Assembly: GCA_032718475.1 (NCBI GenBank)
Contig: JAUCBJ010003563.1
Span: forward strand, 1-54,382
Reading direction: 5' to 3'
DNA length: 54,382 nucleotides
DNA from: Nemertoderma westbladi
Taxonomy: Eukaryota > Animalia > Xenacoelomorpha
The stretch's first letter is position 1; each line of letters opens with the position of its first letter. Below, piece after piece: positions 1-15,100 of the stretch. Made by a program: the position numbers and the translations under genes. The notes beneath the pieces were generated by a model. It was not told the origin of the DNA, searched no databases, and saw only the letters and a list, made by a program, of their open reading frames with translations.

Positions 1-159
1 TGGGAGCCCACCCGCACCCACGCTGCCATTACTTGGGAGCCCACCCGCACCCACGCTGCCATTACTTGGGAGCCCACCCGCACCCACGCTGCCATTACTT
101 GGGAGCCCACCCGCACCCACGCTGCCATTACTTGGGAGCCCACCCGCACCCACGCTGCC
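1..159. repeat. 33-bp tandem repeat (TGGGAGCCCACCCGCACCCACGCTGCCATTACT), ~4.8 copies, truncated by window start
   Basis: Identical 33-bp units read directly from position 1. Confidence 0.95.
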
Positions 160-1160
160 TTCACTCGATACACGTAAATCACTTCGAATTCCATTCCGCC
201 AGCATATAGTTGAGAGTCCATGCTGTCATCACCTGGGATTCCATTACGTCATCTCTTCATCAGTTTTTCCCAGTGCGAGTGAGACCTACTGTCACATCAA
301 AATGAACTTGACTTCTCATCACCTCATTAATATAATTCATTCATTTTCGCTGGAGAATTCTCCAGATCTGTCGCGATAAATGTTGTTTTTCAATTCCAAT
401 TTTATCATTTCAGGCTCTTTGTTATGAGTACTTTTTATCCCTCGATGATTTTTTTCCTTTTAGATTAATTCATTGATAGTTATTGAGTAATGGCCTACCA
501 TTCAACCTGGAACATTCAGCGACAGCACCGGATATTAGCAATTTACTTCTTTTTGTAAAATGTTCTACGATATTCGAAAGCCACTCGAGTTTTACATTCA
601 TTCCACCCAACATTGTCGATAACATCATGGTGGTAGATTGTAATTGCGACTCAGGGAGGATAAGTTGATTTAATTTAATTTAATTTTGATTAATTTAATT
701 TAATTGTATAAAGAATCAATTGTTGTCATAGTTTATCCCAAACTCAGGATATTAACCTGCTTTACTATAACATTCTAGTACATATTGGTGCAAACAGAAT
801 TGTTATATTGAAACCTAAGCAAAAACTACTTTACTTTAATATATCTCATATCTTATGTTAAGCAAATTCAAATTAAATGGCTTGGTATTAATTTGGGTAG
901 ATAATAGGTAGGTAAACACTAACAAAAAACATGGTTTCAGTTTTAAATGTAATTTTAAAGTTAGTTTCAAGGTGAAAAATAAAATCTGTTCTGAACGCAG
1001 TTAGAACTACCAAATTCATCAATGATAAGGCTACTTTTCAAGTGAAAGATCCTAACCTTTATGATCATAACCTGGCTTCTCACGTTTTTTAAGCGTAACC
1101 TGCCATGCCCCTTTATCCCTGGAAACTGACCTTTTTATACTTTGCCTAATGTTTGCAGCT

Positions 1161-1503
1161 GGTGTGTGCAGTCAACTGGTTAGGTGTTATATTGGTGCAG
1201 TTGGTTGTGGTGTGTGCAGTCAACTGGTTAGGTGTTATATTGGTGCAGTTGGTTGTGGTGTGTGCAGTCAACTGGTTAGGTCTTATATTGGTGCAGTTGG
1301 TTGTGGTGTGTGCAGTCAACTGGTTAGGTCTTATATTGGTGCAGTTGGTTGTGGTGTGTGCAGTCAACTGGTTAGGTGTTATATTGGTGCAGTTGGTTGT
1401 GGTGTGTGCAGTCAACTGGTTAGGTGTTATATTGGTGCAGTTGGTTCTGGTGTGTGCAGTCAACTGGTTAGGTGTTATATCATATGCAGTTGGTTCTGGT
1501 GTA
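1161..1503. repeat. 48-bp minisatellite (GGTGTGTGCAGTCAACTGGTTAGGTGTTATATTGGTGCAGTTGGTTGT), ~7 copies
   Basis: Direct periodicity; it explains the three overlapping repetitive ORFs at 1146-1512. Confidence 0.95.
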
Positions 1504-1601
1504 TATAGCTAACTAGTTAGTTATCAAGGTGTAGTTTTGGTGTTTAACTAACTAACTAGCTGGTTATTTTGGTTATTCTGGTTATATGTTATTTTATATA
1601 C

Positions 1602-1858
1602 AGATAGGGGGGGGGGGGGGGGGGGGGGGGAACTGGACGCAATAAAAATGCATCCCTCTCCAGGGGAAATTCGACGCAAATAACAGCTGATTATTCTCAA
1701 AAATACAACTGTAACCTGTTCTATTGTGTTTAGTTTATTGTTTTGGTTAAAATAACGTGCCACTGTAACCTGCTCCTTTCCCTGAATTGTGAATTTAACA
1801 TTGAGGCGGGATATTAATTCGCCAAGGCGGGTTTTGCGTCCAGTTTCCCCCCCTGTCT
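1602..1858. mobile_element. MITE / non-autonomous DNA transposon with poly-G-containing TIRs
   Basis: Left end AGATAG(G)nAACTGGACGCAA is the near reverse complement of right end TTGCGTCCAGTTTCCCCCCCTGTCT; a second close copy lies at 54168-54382. Confidence 0.8.
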
Positions 1859-1994
1859 CTTTATATAAGGTGTATCTTATCTGTAGGAATGTGAGACGTG
1901 CAATCTCTTCAAGAATATTTAAGTGTAGCGCATTTTTTTGCGATTCAATGCATTTCAAATTTATAATCCAAAGTTCTTGGTAAAAAAACTACCA

Positions 1995-2261
1995 ATGAAC
2001 ACTACAATATAATGGTTAGGCCCTATTTAGTTTAGTTTGATAATAAATGGAGAAACAGGAGTAAAAAGTGGACTCTTTTGATATTTAACCCTATAATAAT
2101 AATAATGAGTTTCAGTTTTTACATTTTGTTCTTCCATATTAAACATTTTTTGACGTTTAATGGAACGTTACAGTGATGTTTGCGACCGCTTTTACTCCTG
2201 TTTCTTTATTTATTCTCAAGCTAAAATAAATAGGGCCTAACAATCATGTGGTAGTGTTCAT
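1995..2261. mobile_element. Foldback MITE with ~75-bp imperfect terminal inverted repeats
   Basis: ATGAACACTAC..GTTAGGCCCTATTTA..GAAACAGGAGTAAAA is mirrored by TTTTACTCCTGTTTC..TAAATAGGGCCTAAC..GTAGTGTTCAT. Confidence 0.75.
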
Positions 2262-3639
2262 AACAACCGATTAAAATAGAGTTGGTTGCAGAAGTTAAGA
2301 TTTATTTTTAATTATTGTGACTTTGTGAATTATTGTGATTAATCTAAAATTTACTATTCTTCTAAGATTTTCGACCGACATTAAAAGATTACCTAGTTAT
2401 AAAGTTATTCATTGTTATTTATTACATGAAAAATTGCCAACCATAAGAATACATGGATTGAAGCCAAGACCAACAATGAAATATTGTTCTTATTTTATGG
2501 CATTTACCTTCAAATTAAATTGGTTTGATAATGAAACAGCTGACTTCGTAAAGACCATTATACTGCTGTACACACACCTGCTATTTTTATATAAATCAGT
2601 CAGCACCTCAATTCGCTGAATTTCTGGTATTTATGCCAGTTGGTAACTATTAGACATACCGTCACCTCACAGCGGCTGTGGTAACGTCTACCGTTACTAT
2701 ACTACATGTTACATCAAAAACAAAATCCTTTTATCCCCTATAATAATAATAAATCTCGCCCGCCCACGCATACTCGTCAAATAATTCATCGTAGGATTAA
2801 CTGGAAAAAAGTTTTCCATGTAATAATTATATATTTCATTTTACTTTTTTTGCCCGGGAAAAAGTATAATACTTGCAATCCTACGTGTTTCTTTTTTACA
2901 TTTTTTCACACCCAAATCCAGATTTTCCGGTATAATAATGTGGACAAAAAACACCAATTTAAGAATAAAGTAAGGCCTACTAACTATATTACTCGCAATA
3001 ATATGTTACAATCATTCAACTTCCATCAATTAGTACAGTTTTATGCTACTGTATTTATATATCCATATATAGTTATATAATTTTATTTAGGTTAGCCTTT
3101 ATATTTTTTTTACAGTATATTAAATTTTGCTTAAATTATAATATTTATTAATTAATTAGCGCTTCTCTGGTTATATTCCATTCGGTTTCTACAGAAACCT
3201 CTATTATAAATTAATTATACGGACGTTGTTATATTCATTAAAGCGCAATGTGTTTTGAAAATACCGCTTTCACTATATTATGTTACACTAATTATTTATC
3301 CTTTAACTTTTATGCTATTACAGTAATAGCATGAAATTTAATTATTAACAAAGCTGTCTTTTGGTCGGTTTGTTTAAACGTGGTGACTTTTTAGGCAACT
3401 TGATCAGCACCTAGCAACCTTATTTTGAGAAACTTAGCTTTGTTCGCAGTATAATTGCGGCAACTCTATTACTACAGCGTTATTCGCTAAGTTGTTGACA
3501 AAGTTCCATGTGTAAACCGGTCTTTACTGCCATTTTTCTTAGAATAGTTCTACATTTTATTTGGCAGATGAATTAAGCCCATACCATCCATATTATGAAT
3601 ATGAATTGTGCAAAATTCAATTTTTATATTTTTTAAACC

Positions 3640-3850
3640 TAGCAAGATTCAGCTTGAACGGATTAAATCCAAAGAATTGTGAGGACGTTTGGACACGTAG
3701 CCCTCTAGCGGGGGACTATTAAACTGGTGGTGTCTAAAAGTATAAAAAAAATCCCACCTTTTGCTTTTTTGATGTCTACAAATTTTCATCTCGACAGCTT
3801 TAAATCCGACAAAATTACACCATGTCATGAAATAACCTGCAGCGGATGCA
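3640..3850 (-). mobile_element. Fragment of the interspersed repeat family seen at 38491-39488, inverted
   Basis: AGATTCAGCTTGAACGGATTAAA..GCCCTCTAGCGGG matches the reverse complement of CCCGCTAGAGGGC..TTTAATCCGTTTAAGCTGAAACT at ~38760-38840. Confidence 0.6.
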
Positions 3851-4069
3851 AATACATGCAACTTTCAAATGCCCATATATCAGATTCCCCAAACGAATTC
3901 AAATACATTTACAGATTTGGAATCCCAGCACATTACTACTACTGACGCAAAATACAGTATATCGATGGAGACACCCTTTCTAGTGGCTAAGCTAACAATG
4001 AAACCAAAAATAATAATTCTGGCTAACAATCCCCATAACAGATTTGTGGGGCCTCTAAATAAGGAAGAG

Positions 4070-4181
4070 CCAATAGCTGATTGGGTGAACTAATTGGTGA
4101 CGTGTTCCCTTGTTGAATGGTTGGTACACGGGTTTACATAGGCATGTTCCAACACGCTGAATGGGGAAGCCCTATATAAAA
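4070..4181 (+). promoter_or_regulatory. Candidate Pol II promoter (3x CCAAT/ATTGG, TGACGT, TATA box)
   Basis: CCAAT 4070-4074, ATTGG 4080-4084 and 4093-4097, TGACGT 4098-4103, TATATAAAA 4173-4181; about 1 kb upstream of the ZCCHC24-like ATG. Confidence 0.35.
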
Positions 4182-4708
4182 TAGTGTTAATGTTTGTTTG
4201 TTTTGATTTTATTATTGTGGTAATAATAATAAGTTTATTTAGATTCATAAAATTAATAACGGTATTAGACTTCCCATTTGGGATTAAATGCAATGCAGCC
4301 CCGTTTAGTATATACTGTAAAGCCTACTATACTTCAACAATAATTCAATAAGTGTCTTGTAGCTTAAGGTTTATAATGGTTGTAGTTTTGTTGGTTTGCG
4401 ACTTTTACACTAAAAAATATAAGCATATTATTATGTGATGCACATTCCGGTATCTTTAAACTTTAACTATAAAACAACAAAAACTCTCAAACACTAAAGT
4501 CTGATGTCATTGAATTTGTAAAAATTAGTCTGTTTAGATTAGAATCTTTAGCGTCCGGACTTCTGTACATCGCAGCAGATGTTATGGCCAATTACGCTAC
4601 GCCGAAAATCGACAGCCGACAACGATAACTGACGTTAAAACGTTTGAATAACGTTTATTGTTTTGGTTAGAATAACCTTCCACTCTAACCTTAACCTGTT
4701 CCTTTCCA

Positions 4709-5057
4709 CCATTGACTCATTGACCGGACCCTCTAAATACCGTATTGAAGCTTTATATTTGATTTTATTTTACTTTGTGTATTTTTGATGGGACCCTTAT
4801 TACCTCAACTTTGTGACCGAACCCATTAAATTCTATCTTTATCTTTTTATAAACTGTTTTAATATGTGGTGAGTACAAAAAAACAAAACAAAGACCCAAT
4901 TAAGTAACCTTCATAATCTTGTAACATGTGTTAACTTTCGTTTTTTGTTTTGGTTCCCCCAACACGCCTCTGTAAGCTGCTCCTTTACTAACCTGCTCCT
5001 TTAAATGGCAATGGGTCCGGTCAATGGGTCCAGTCAATTGAGCAATGGGTCCGGTCA
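4709..5057. mobile_element. MITE with ATTGACCGGACCC / GGGTCCGGTCAAT inverted termini
   Basis: Inverted 13-mers at 4719-4731 and 5013-5025, the right motif reiterated to 5057; the internal 4890-5015 segment recurs at ~34890-35030. Confidence 0.65.
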
Positions 5058-5193
5058 GTAGCCTTTGCCTAGTCTCTATTCTTTACGCCGCATGTAGCCG
5101 AAACTTTTGAGTGTATCTCAGCTATTACGCCTTTTACGTTTACAGGTAATAAATATTGTCATTATTTTTTATATTTTGTAAACCGGTACCTGA

Positions 5194-6639
<1,446 letters not shown>

Positions 6640-7863
6640 AATGCCACGGAAGACCGGAAGTTGTCCCCAATATATCGGGACTCATTTATACGTAGTTTTC
6701 TTCCTGAATAAAATGATTGCGAATTCTATGTACGAGGAACCGTAGTTGTGACCTCGAATTGAACATTTCTGTATTTTAATGTTTTTAATAAATAAATAAT
6801 GTATATAGTTTTAATTGTTTTTATACTGTGTAGCCTAAATTGTTTTAATTTTAGACATTTTACATTATGCTTGTGCAATATATGCCCATTTAAAAAGATT
6901 TTACTTCTAAATATTTTTATGCAATACACCAGTGCAATATCTTTATTAAACTGGAATAATGTCTCAATATATTCTTATTATAAAGATCAATTTAAATATC
7001 ATTCTACCAAGCTTTTTCATTATTACATCATACAGTAGGTACATGTACGTATCAACGTAGGGTTTATAGAAAAAGAAAAAGAATTATTTTGTACAAATTG
7101 AAAGACTACGAAGTCATACAAGTGTTATACAAGTCATTTCATTGGTATTTACTAAACCCGTTGTCAGGGAAACTGTTAAAATTTGTGCCACAAAAACGAC
7201 CAAAAGTATAATTTAATATCGATAACACGCGCATCCCGCATGGATTTTGAATGTAAATAGTTTTGCAGTTTAAACCGTAAAATATTTCAAATAATTAATA
7301 TACCTGTAAGGTATTAATTATTGATCAAGTGGGCAAGATACGTAGATCTTTTAATAAAATAATTTCCATATTTTCTCCACAATAAAACCGTAACTGCAAC
7401 AAAAAAAGTAGGCCTAGTCTTATTATATAATCCTATTCTTGTTGTTACTCATATTGGTAGCGCAATAGTTAGTAGTCTCATTATTATAATGGTAAAAAAA
7501 TTTAATTTAAGTTTTTTTAAACTTTCAGTTTTCAAACTACATGTTGGATAGGAATCCATCCATCGTTGTGTATATTACAGTATTTTTGAAAAGTATGTTC
7601 TATCAAATGTTTGTTTAATTGTGTCTGGAGGTTTACTTTTGGAGTGGAGATCCGCCACTGAGTTTTCCAATATCGACTCACTTATAGAATCTTTACGGTT
7701 TATTGTAGATAATTAATTTAATTAACTCCATCAATTTATTGTAAAACATCATTATAATTCATTGTCATTGTTCATTGTGGACAAGAAATTACTTAAAAAG
7801 ATTCAATATAACGGACATTAAAACTTGGCGCTAACAGTTCTTTGTTACACGGTTATTGTTTTG

Positions 7864-7984
7864 GTTGCCAAACAACCGTAATAATCTAAGGCAACTCGAA
7901 ACCCAAGCCAACAACAATGAGTGAGCCAAATCAATCGAACTAGCATTGTATGCAATAATGACAGGGAGTGGTTTCCATGGCCAC
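7864..7984 (+). promoter_or_regulatory. Candidate RFX X-box promoter of the dynein gene
   Basis: GTTTCCATGGCCAC (7971-7984) is one mismatch from the X-box GTTTCCATGGCAAC; GTTGCCAAACAAC at 7864; further X-box-like words at 7160-7173 and 9015-9028. RFX control of ciliary genes is established. Confidence 0.5.
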
Positions 7985-8148
7985 GAAATATACAACAACC
8001 TAGAATTTACTGAGGAAATTAATCGAACATTGTGTCGCTTCTCTGTGCGGGTAGCTAGTAGTTTAATTGTAATTAATAAGCTGCCGCCGGTAACTACGTG
8101 GTATTTGTCGGTTGTGGTTGATATCCTGCTGGAAAATCGTCTTTCGAG

Positions 8149-9060
8149 GTAAAAATAAATTATTTTTATTTTGGTTACACCACCGTTTTAGATACGTGTA
8201 ATAATTTTATTTATAATGCAGCTTACAATGATTTCTATTTTTTCCCTATTCGACTATTATTAAAGTGATACGGGTTATACAGTTACAGGAGCTTATATAG
8301 GGAAGGCAAGAAAGAGATGTACCACACCTTGAGGTGTACCATATCTAACATAAGTCTATTATGCCAATTATTGTCGAGTCACACAGTACACTACTTACAT
8401 TATAAAGCAACATGAAATATTTGAAAAAGGTAGTATTTTTATAAATATAATCAGAAAATTTTTTTTTTTTGATAGTAGTCATGTCAGACCACTTGCTTGT
8501 GCAAACGTACACAGAAATACATAATTTTCTTGCTCTGGAACTCATTCTGAACTACTGTATAAAATTAGCATCGACCACGCTAATGGTTATTCTTCAACGT
8601 GAAGAAATATATCATATTTCCATCTTACACTCTAGGCCTATAATATGTTACCTAATATAAAAAAACTTAAAATTTAAGTTTAAATTTTTTTTTTATTTTA
8701 TTTATATACCGGTATTATATTTATTTTAAAAATAGCTAGTGTTTTAAAAAAATACTAGCTACCGTAAAAAGTATTATTTTGAATCAATGTAGATTACATT
8801 CTAGAACAATATATGAAAATCAAAAGAGCTCTTGCTAGTGTTAAAAAAAATACTGGGAGTTGATGTGCGCAGTAGTACAGCAGTGATACGGACATGCTTT
8901 ATGAAAATATTGATGCCGATGGTGGCACAATGCTACTGGGTTTAGTAAACTGGTACGGAGACACTGGGATTACCAAATTGGTACAAGGAGGCAGTGTTTA
9001 GTAAGTTGATTATTGTTGTCATAGTTACCTAACATACAAATTTTTATATAATTATTTTAG
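8149..9060 (+). other. Probable 5'-UTR intron of the dynein gene (alternative donor at 9001)
   Basis: Donor GAG/GTAAAA at 8149, second donor GTAAGT at 9001, branch-like CCTAAC at 9028, acceptor TTATTTTAG ending 9060, 48 nt before the ATG; composition becomes GC-richer after 9060. Confidence 0.5.
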
Positions 9061-9108
9061 TGATCACGATTACTTGCGTTATCGGCGAAACGAAAGGCGC
9101 AGAGCAAA

Positions 9109-12100
9109 ATGGGGTCCGAAGCGCCAGTGGACGCACGAGTGGATTTCATGTCGGAATATACTCTGAAATCTCTGAAAGTAAAACCGGACAAATGGGCTAA
9201 ACTTATCAACGTGGAGGAAAATCGGATAATGATCCAGGACTTTCTGGATAAGGGCCAGCAACCGGCACTGGTGCTCGTAGCAAACAGCGCTGGTATGCTA
9301 ACGTGCGGTTACGAGTGGCCGTCCCAGCCCAAAACCAAGGCCGTTTATTTCATCAAGAGGTCTCCGAAAGATCCAATCCCCAAGGACAGCTACCGCAGCG
9401 CCTTGACCTACGGTGACCTTAGTTACATGCCTCTGGATCAATTGGCGGCTGTGGTTGACGAAGTCTTGGTTCCGCTGCTCTCCAACGACAATAACCACGA
9501 ACAATGGCCGGCCGTCGTCTCGCAGGACGTACTTCGCCACGTTCACAATCTAAAATCCAATGTTTTTGTCGTCTCTGGGAAAGTGAAAGGGAAGACTTTA
9601 CTGCCCCTGCCGGTTGGAAGTGAGAAAGTCGAGGAATGCAGGGTCGATGACGAGAAAGGGGATTTTGAGAGGAATATAATACACGCGATCGAATCCGTTG
9701 TCATTGAATGGAGTCACCAGATACACGATGTCCTTAAGAAAGATTCATCACAGCCACTACTCGATGGCCTAAATCCAACGCCTTTTTACGAACTTGAGTT
9801 CTGGAAGTCGAAATCGACCAATCTAGAATGTATCTACGACCAGCTGAGAGATCCAAAAGTTCGTAAAATGGCGGAACTACTAGAGAAGTCTGATAGTAGT
9901 TACTTCCAAGCGTTTAGAAACATATTTCGCGAGGTCATAGCTGCACTTACCGAAGCCCAAGATATCAATTTACATTTGAAACCTCTGCAGCGGCATTTAG
10001 AGGACCTTGAGCAAGCTGATTACGCTGAGATTATCCAATTCATTGAACCTCTGATGCACGTTATGGGTTTGATCTGGGGAAGTTCGAAGTATTACTGTTC
10101 GGCTCCGAGAATTATTGTATTGCTGCAAGAAGTCTGTAATCAACTGATAGAATTAACCCGCAACAGTCTGGATCCTCATGAAATCTTGAAAGGGGAAGTC
10201 GAAGAATGCATCGAAAGGGTTGACCATGCTCTCAAGGTTATTGATGCATTCAGAGACCAGTACAACCAAAAGAAGGACAATATATCCCAATATTTCCGTG
10301 ATGGAAATCCCGTCTACGAATGGGACTTCCATGACATGCTTGTTTTTGCGCGGATGGACGGTTTCAGAAATAGACTTCGAATTATTCGGGAACTGTTCGA
10401 GACGAATATCGAATTTATGAAGTTGGAGAAAGTAGAATTGGGTGGTTTAAAAGGAAAAATGTTAAGCGCTCAGGTTGTACAAATATTTGAGGAATTTCAG
10501 GAATATTTCAAAATATTTACAGACCAGAACTATGACACTTTAGATCCTACTAATACCGAGTTTATGAACGATTACTTTAAGTTCAAAACACATGTTGATG
10601 ACTTGGACCGAAGGCTGGCATCCATAGCATGTTTGGGATTTGATGATTGTTCAAATAGTGAGACAGTATTCAAGATGATCAATGTGTTTGGTACCTTGCT
10701 AGAACGACCTCTTATAAAAGTAGACTTTGTCAACAAATTTCCGCTCTTAATCGACATGTTTTGCAAAGATCTTGATAATGCCAAAGTCATTTACGACAAG
10801 CAGATGAAAGATAGACAAGAGAATTACGCACCTGTTCACAAAAACTTGCCTTGGGTTAGTGGGCAACTGAAGTGGTCCCGCGAATTAAAAGAACGTATTT
10901 CAATACCGTATGAAGGATTTAACCACGTCCACCACCCCTATGAAGAATCACAAGAAGCCAAAGATATGGTAGTCAAATATGATGAGATGATTGCACTTCT
11001 AGACAATTATGAGGTCTTAGTCTACAATGAATGGACGCAAAGTGTTACCGAAAAGAGTAACTACAATTTAGACCAACCCTTGATTACAAGAAACAATGAA
11101 ACCAATTTGATAAGCGTTAATTTTGATCCTCAACTTGTATCTGTTTTGCGTGAAGTTAAATATTTGAAGATTCTGGAATATGAAGACATTCCAGGCAGTG
11201 CTAATGATATGTTTGAAAAAAATACAACATACGTTAAATTTGTTGACAATCTTAGTCTTACTGTTGGATGGTACAATAAGACTCGTACAACTGCAATTGA
11301 AGTCGAGTTACCTTTAATTGAAGAGCAACTACAAAATATTGACACTCAATTACAGAAAGCCGAGTCACAGTTGAACTGGAAAAATGATAGCGCATGGGAA
11401 TACATTCAGCAAACGAGTGACATGGTTCAGGATCTTGAAAGTCGTTTACAGAAATCCAAAAACAATGTAGAAAAGATGCAGACAATAATGGCGGAATGGT
11501 GTAAAGTTCCATTGTTTGAAAGAAAGGAGGGTAAAAATGAGACAGTGCTGAATCTCGATGATCGGGAGGATCGATTGGCTAAGAGATACGGCGATATCAA
11601 AACCGATGCCGAGAATATTCATAAAATAGTCCAAGAGAACCTTGAACTTTTCAAAGCGGATGGTAGTTCCGAAATGTGGAAAAACTATCTGGACTACCTC
11701 GATGAAATGGTTATTGATGGGCTGTTCAAGTGCCTTGAAAGCTCATTGAACTATTTACTCGAAAATACAGATTCAAAGACTGTAATTGCATCATTATTTT
11801 TAAGTAAATTAGAACTGCAAATGCCAGAAATGGTTTTTGTGCCTGGGTTAGAACTTGGAGACATTCTTGGCCTATACGAAATCATCGAAGGTGTGCTCCT
11901 AGATATTTATAAAATTAGTACCTTAGTACCTAGGATTGCCAAGCATAGAGAGAATGAGGACTATAAAGCTGACATGGAAGACATGTTAGATCTGTCAGAC
12001 ATGAAGCAGGAACTGATGGAAAGAGTTCAAAACGCAATGGCAAAGGCAATTGAGTATCGCAACACGTTTGAGCAATATGCATATTTGTGGGTAGATGATC

Positions 12101-15100
12101 GGCAAGAATTTATGCGGCAGTTCCTGCTGTATGGACATGTGTTAACCGCAGAAGAAATTGAAGCGAATGCTGAGGAAGGTGTGCCGGAGACACCTCCTAC
12201 ACTCGATAAATATAAAGAACAAATAGATGTCTATGAAACATTATACACCGAAGTAGAAGCAATCGACGGAACAAATGTGATGGATCAATGGCTACGAATT
12301 GATGCTCGACCATTTCGTCAAGCCTTATTGAATGTAATAAAACGATGGAGTTTGATGTTTAAACAACACCTTGTTGACCACATAACTAACAGCCTTGCAG
12401 ATCTTGAGGCGTTTATCAAGGTTTCTAATGCTGGTCTAAGTAAACCAGTTCATGAGGGCGAGTATAATGAGTTAGTGGAATGCATGGCCCATCTAATGGC
12501 TGTCAAGGAAAGACAAGCTGCAACTGATGAAATGTTTGAACCATTAAAACAGACTATAGAGCTTTTAAAGACATATGGCCAGGAGATGTCGGACCATGTA
12601 CACACCCAATTGCAGGAGCTGCCTGAACAATGGGCAAATAACAAAAAGATTGCAGTAACATGCAAACAGGCAGTGGCTCCACTCCAAGCCAATGAGGTTG
12701 CAATTGTTAGAAGGAAATGTGCTTCCTATGATGTAAAACAGCATGAGTTAAGGGAGAGATTCCGACAGGAAGCGCCTTTAAGATATTCCACAGCACATCC
12801 ATATGCAATGCTAGATAAAGAGCATCTCATTATCAGGGATATGGAAATAGAAATGTCCGCATTACAAGAATCAGCAAATTTATTTGAAGTTAATGTTCCA
12901 GAATATAAGCAACTGAAGCAATGCCGAAAAGAAGTTGTTTTGCTTAAAAGGCTTTGGGATATGGTTAATTTGGTTAATTCATCACTTGATGAGTGGAAAA
13001 CAACATTATGGGCGGAAATAAATGTAGAATTTATGGAAATGGAGTGTAAGAAGTTCGCAAAAGATATTCGTCTATTGGATAAAGAGATGAGAGCATGGGA
13101 TACCTATTCTGGTGTAGAAAATTCCGTTAAAAATATGTTGACATCACTGCGAGCTGTCAGTGACTTGCAAAATCCTGCAATAAGGGAAAGGCATTGGCAA
13201 CAGTTAATGCAGGCTACTCAAGTGAAATTTGTAATGGATGACACTACAACTTTAGCTGATTTACTGGCTTTGAATCTACATGAATATGAGGATGAAGTTA
13301 GAAATATTGTTGACAAAGCTGTGAAAGAGAGTGGTATGGAAAAGGTTCTTGGAGAACTTGATAATACTTGGGTAAACTTAGAATTTGAGTATGAGGAACA
13401 CCCTAGAACTCAAATTCAGTTATTAAAGGTTAGTGAAGAATTAATAGAGACTTTAGAAGACAATCAAGTCCAACTACAGAATATGATGACTTCGAAATAC
13501 ATTGCTCATTTCCTGGACCAAGTAAGTTATTGGCAAGGAAAGTTGTCAATGGCTGATCAAGTGATAGGAATTTGGATGGAAGTCCAACGAACCTGGAACC
13601 ACTTGGAATCAATCTTCATTGGTTCTGATGACATAAGGAAACAGTTGCCTGAAGACTCAAAACGGTTTGATAGTGTTGATACTGATTTTAAGGAGTTAGT
13701 TGATGGGATGAGTAAAACGCCAAATGTTGTGGAAGGTACAAATAAAGGAGGGCTCTATGAGAAGCTGGAGAATTTGCAAGGCCAACTCGTACTATGTGAA
13801 AAAGCTCTTGCCGAATATTTAGAAACAAAGCGTCTCGCATTCCCACGATTCTACTTTATTTCCCCCGCAGATCTACTTGACATTCTATCACAAGGCAACA
13901 GTCCAAGATTAGTCGCAAAACATCTGGCGAAATTGTTTGATAATATGGGCGATTTGGAATTCACCACAAAGGATTCTAAGACAGCCAAAGGGATGTTTTC
14001 AAAGGAAAAAGAATATGTAGCATTTGATAAAACCTGTGAGTGCACAGGTCCGGTTGAAAACTGGCTAAATTCTGTTCAAGATTCGATGAGATCAACTGTC
14101 AGACACTGGATGACTGATGCGGTCATTTCATATGAGGAGAAACCAAGAGAACAATGGTTGTTCGATTTTTGTGCTCAGGTTGCATTAACCACAACCCAGA
14201 TATGGTGGACAACTGAAGTTAATATAGCATTTGGCCGATTGGAGGAAGGGTATGAGAATTCAATGAAAGATTACAACAAAAAGCAAGTCACTCAACTAAC
14301 TCATTTAATTAATCTGCTACTTGGAAACCTAACTAAAGGTGATCGGCAGAAAATTATGACGATTTGCACAATCGATGTCCATGCTAGAGATGTCATTGCT
14401 AAATTAATCACGTTGAAGGTTGATAACAGTCAGGCTTTTACTTGGTTATCACAATTGAGACACCGATGGGACGATGAGGAGAAACATTGTTATGCCAATA
14501 TTTGCGATGCTTGTTTCAAATATAGTTATGAGTACTTAGGTAACACACCACGTCTGGTTATTACACCACTCACTGACAGATGTTACATTACACTGACTCA
14601 AGCACTTCATCTAACTATGAGTGGAGCGCCAGCTGGTCCAGCTGGAACAGGTAAAACTGAAACCACAAAGGATTTGGGCAGAGCTTTGGCAATTATGGTC
14701 TATGTATTCAATTGCTCGGACCAAATGGATTACAAGAGTTGTGGTAACATCTACAAGGGTCTCAGTCAGACCGGTGCTTGGGGGTGTTTCGACGAGTTTA
14801 ACCGAATATCCGTGGAGGTCTTGTCTGTCATAGCTGTTCAGGTGAAATCTATTCAAGATGCGATTCGTGACAAAAAGTCGATATTTAATTTCCAGGGTGA
14901 AACAATTTCACTAGTTCCAACAGTTGGTATATTCATAACCATGAACCCAGGTTACGCTGGGAGAGCCGAACTCCCAGAGAATCTAAAGGCATTGTTTAGA
15001 CCATGTGCTATGGTTGTACCTGACTTTGAATTAATTTGCGAAATTATGTTGGTGGCAGAGGCATTTTTTGAAGCTAGGCTATTAGCTAGAAAGTTTATCA

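Noticed and set aside
160-660. Possible minus-strand coding sequence leading into the first 33-bp repeat (..EVIYVYRVKAAW..)
   Set aside because: The frames I checked are interrupted by stops and no convincing domain or splice pattern was found; the window edge prevents further assessment.
1146-1512. Three overlapping ~105-119-aa repetitive ORFs
   Set aside because: By-products of the 48-bp minisatellite.
1548-1958. Similar ORFs at 1548-1958 and 54024-54326 (ARYFNQNNKLNTIEQV..poly-Pro) suggesting a gene family
   Set aside because: Both are translations of the same non-coding MITE; the poly-Pro comes from the poly-G TIR.
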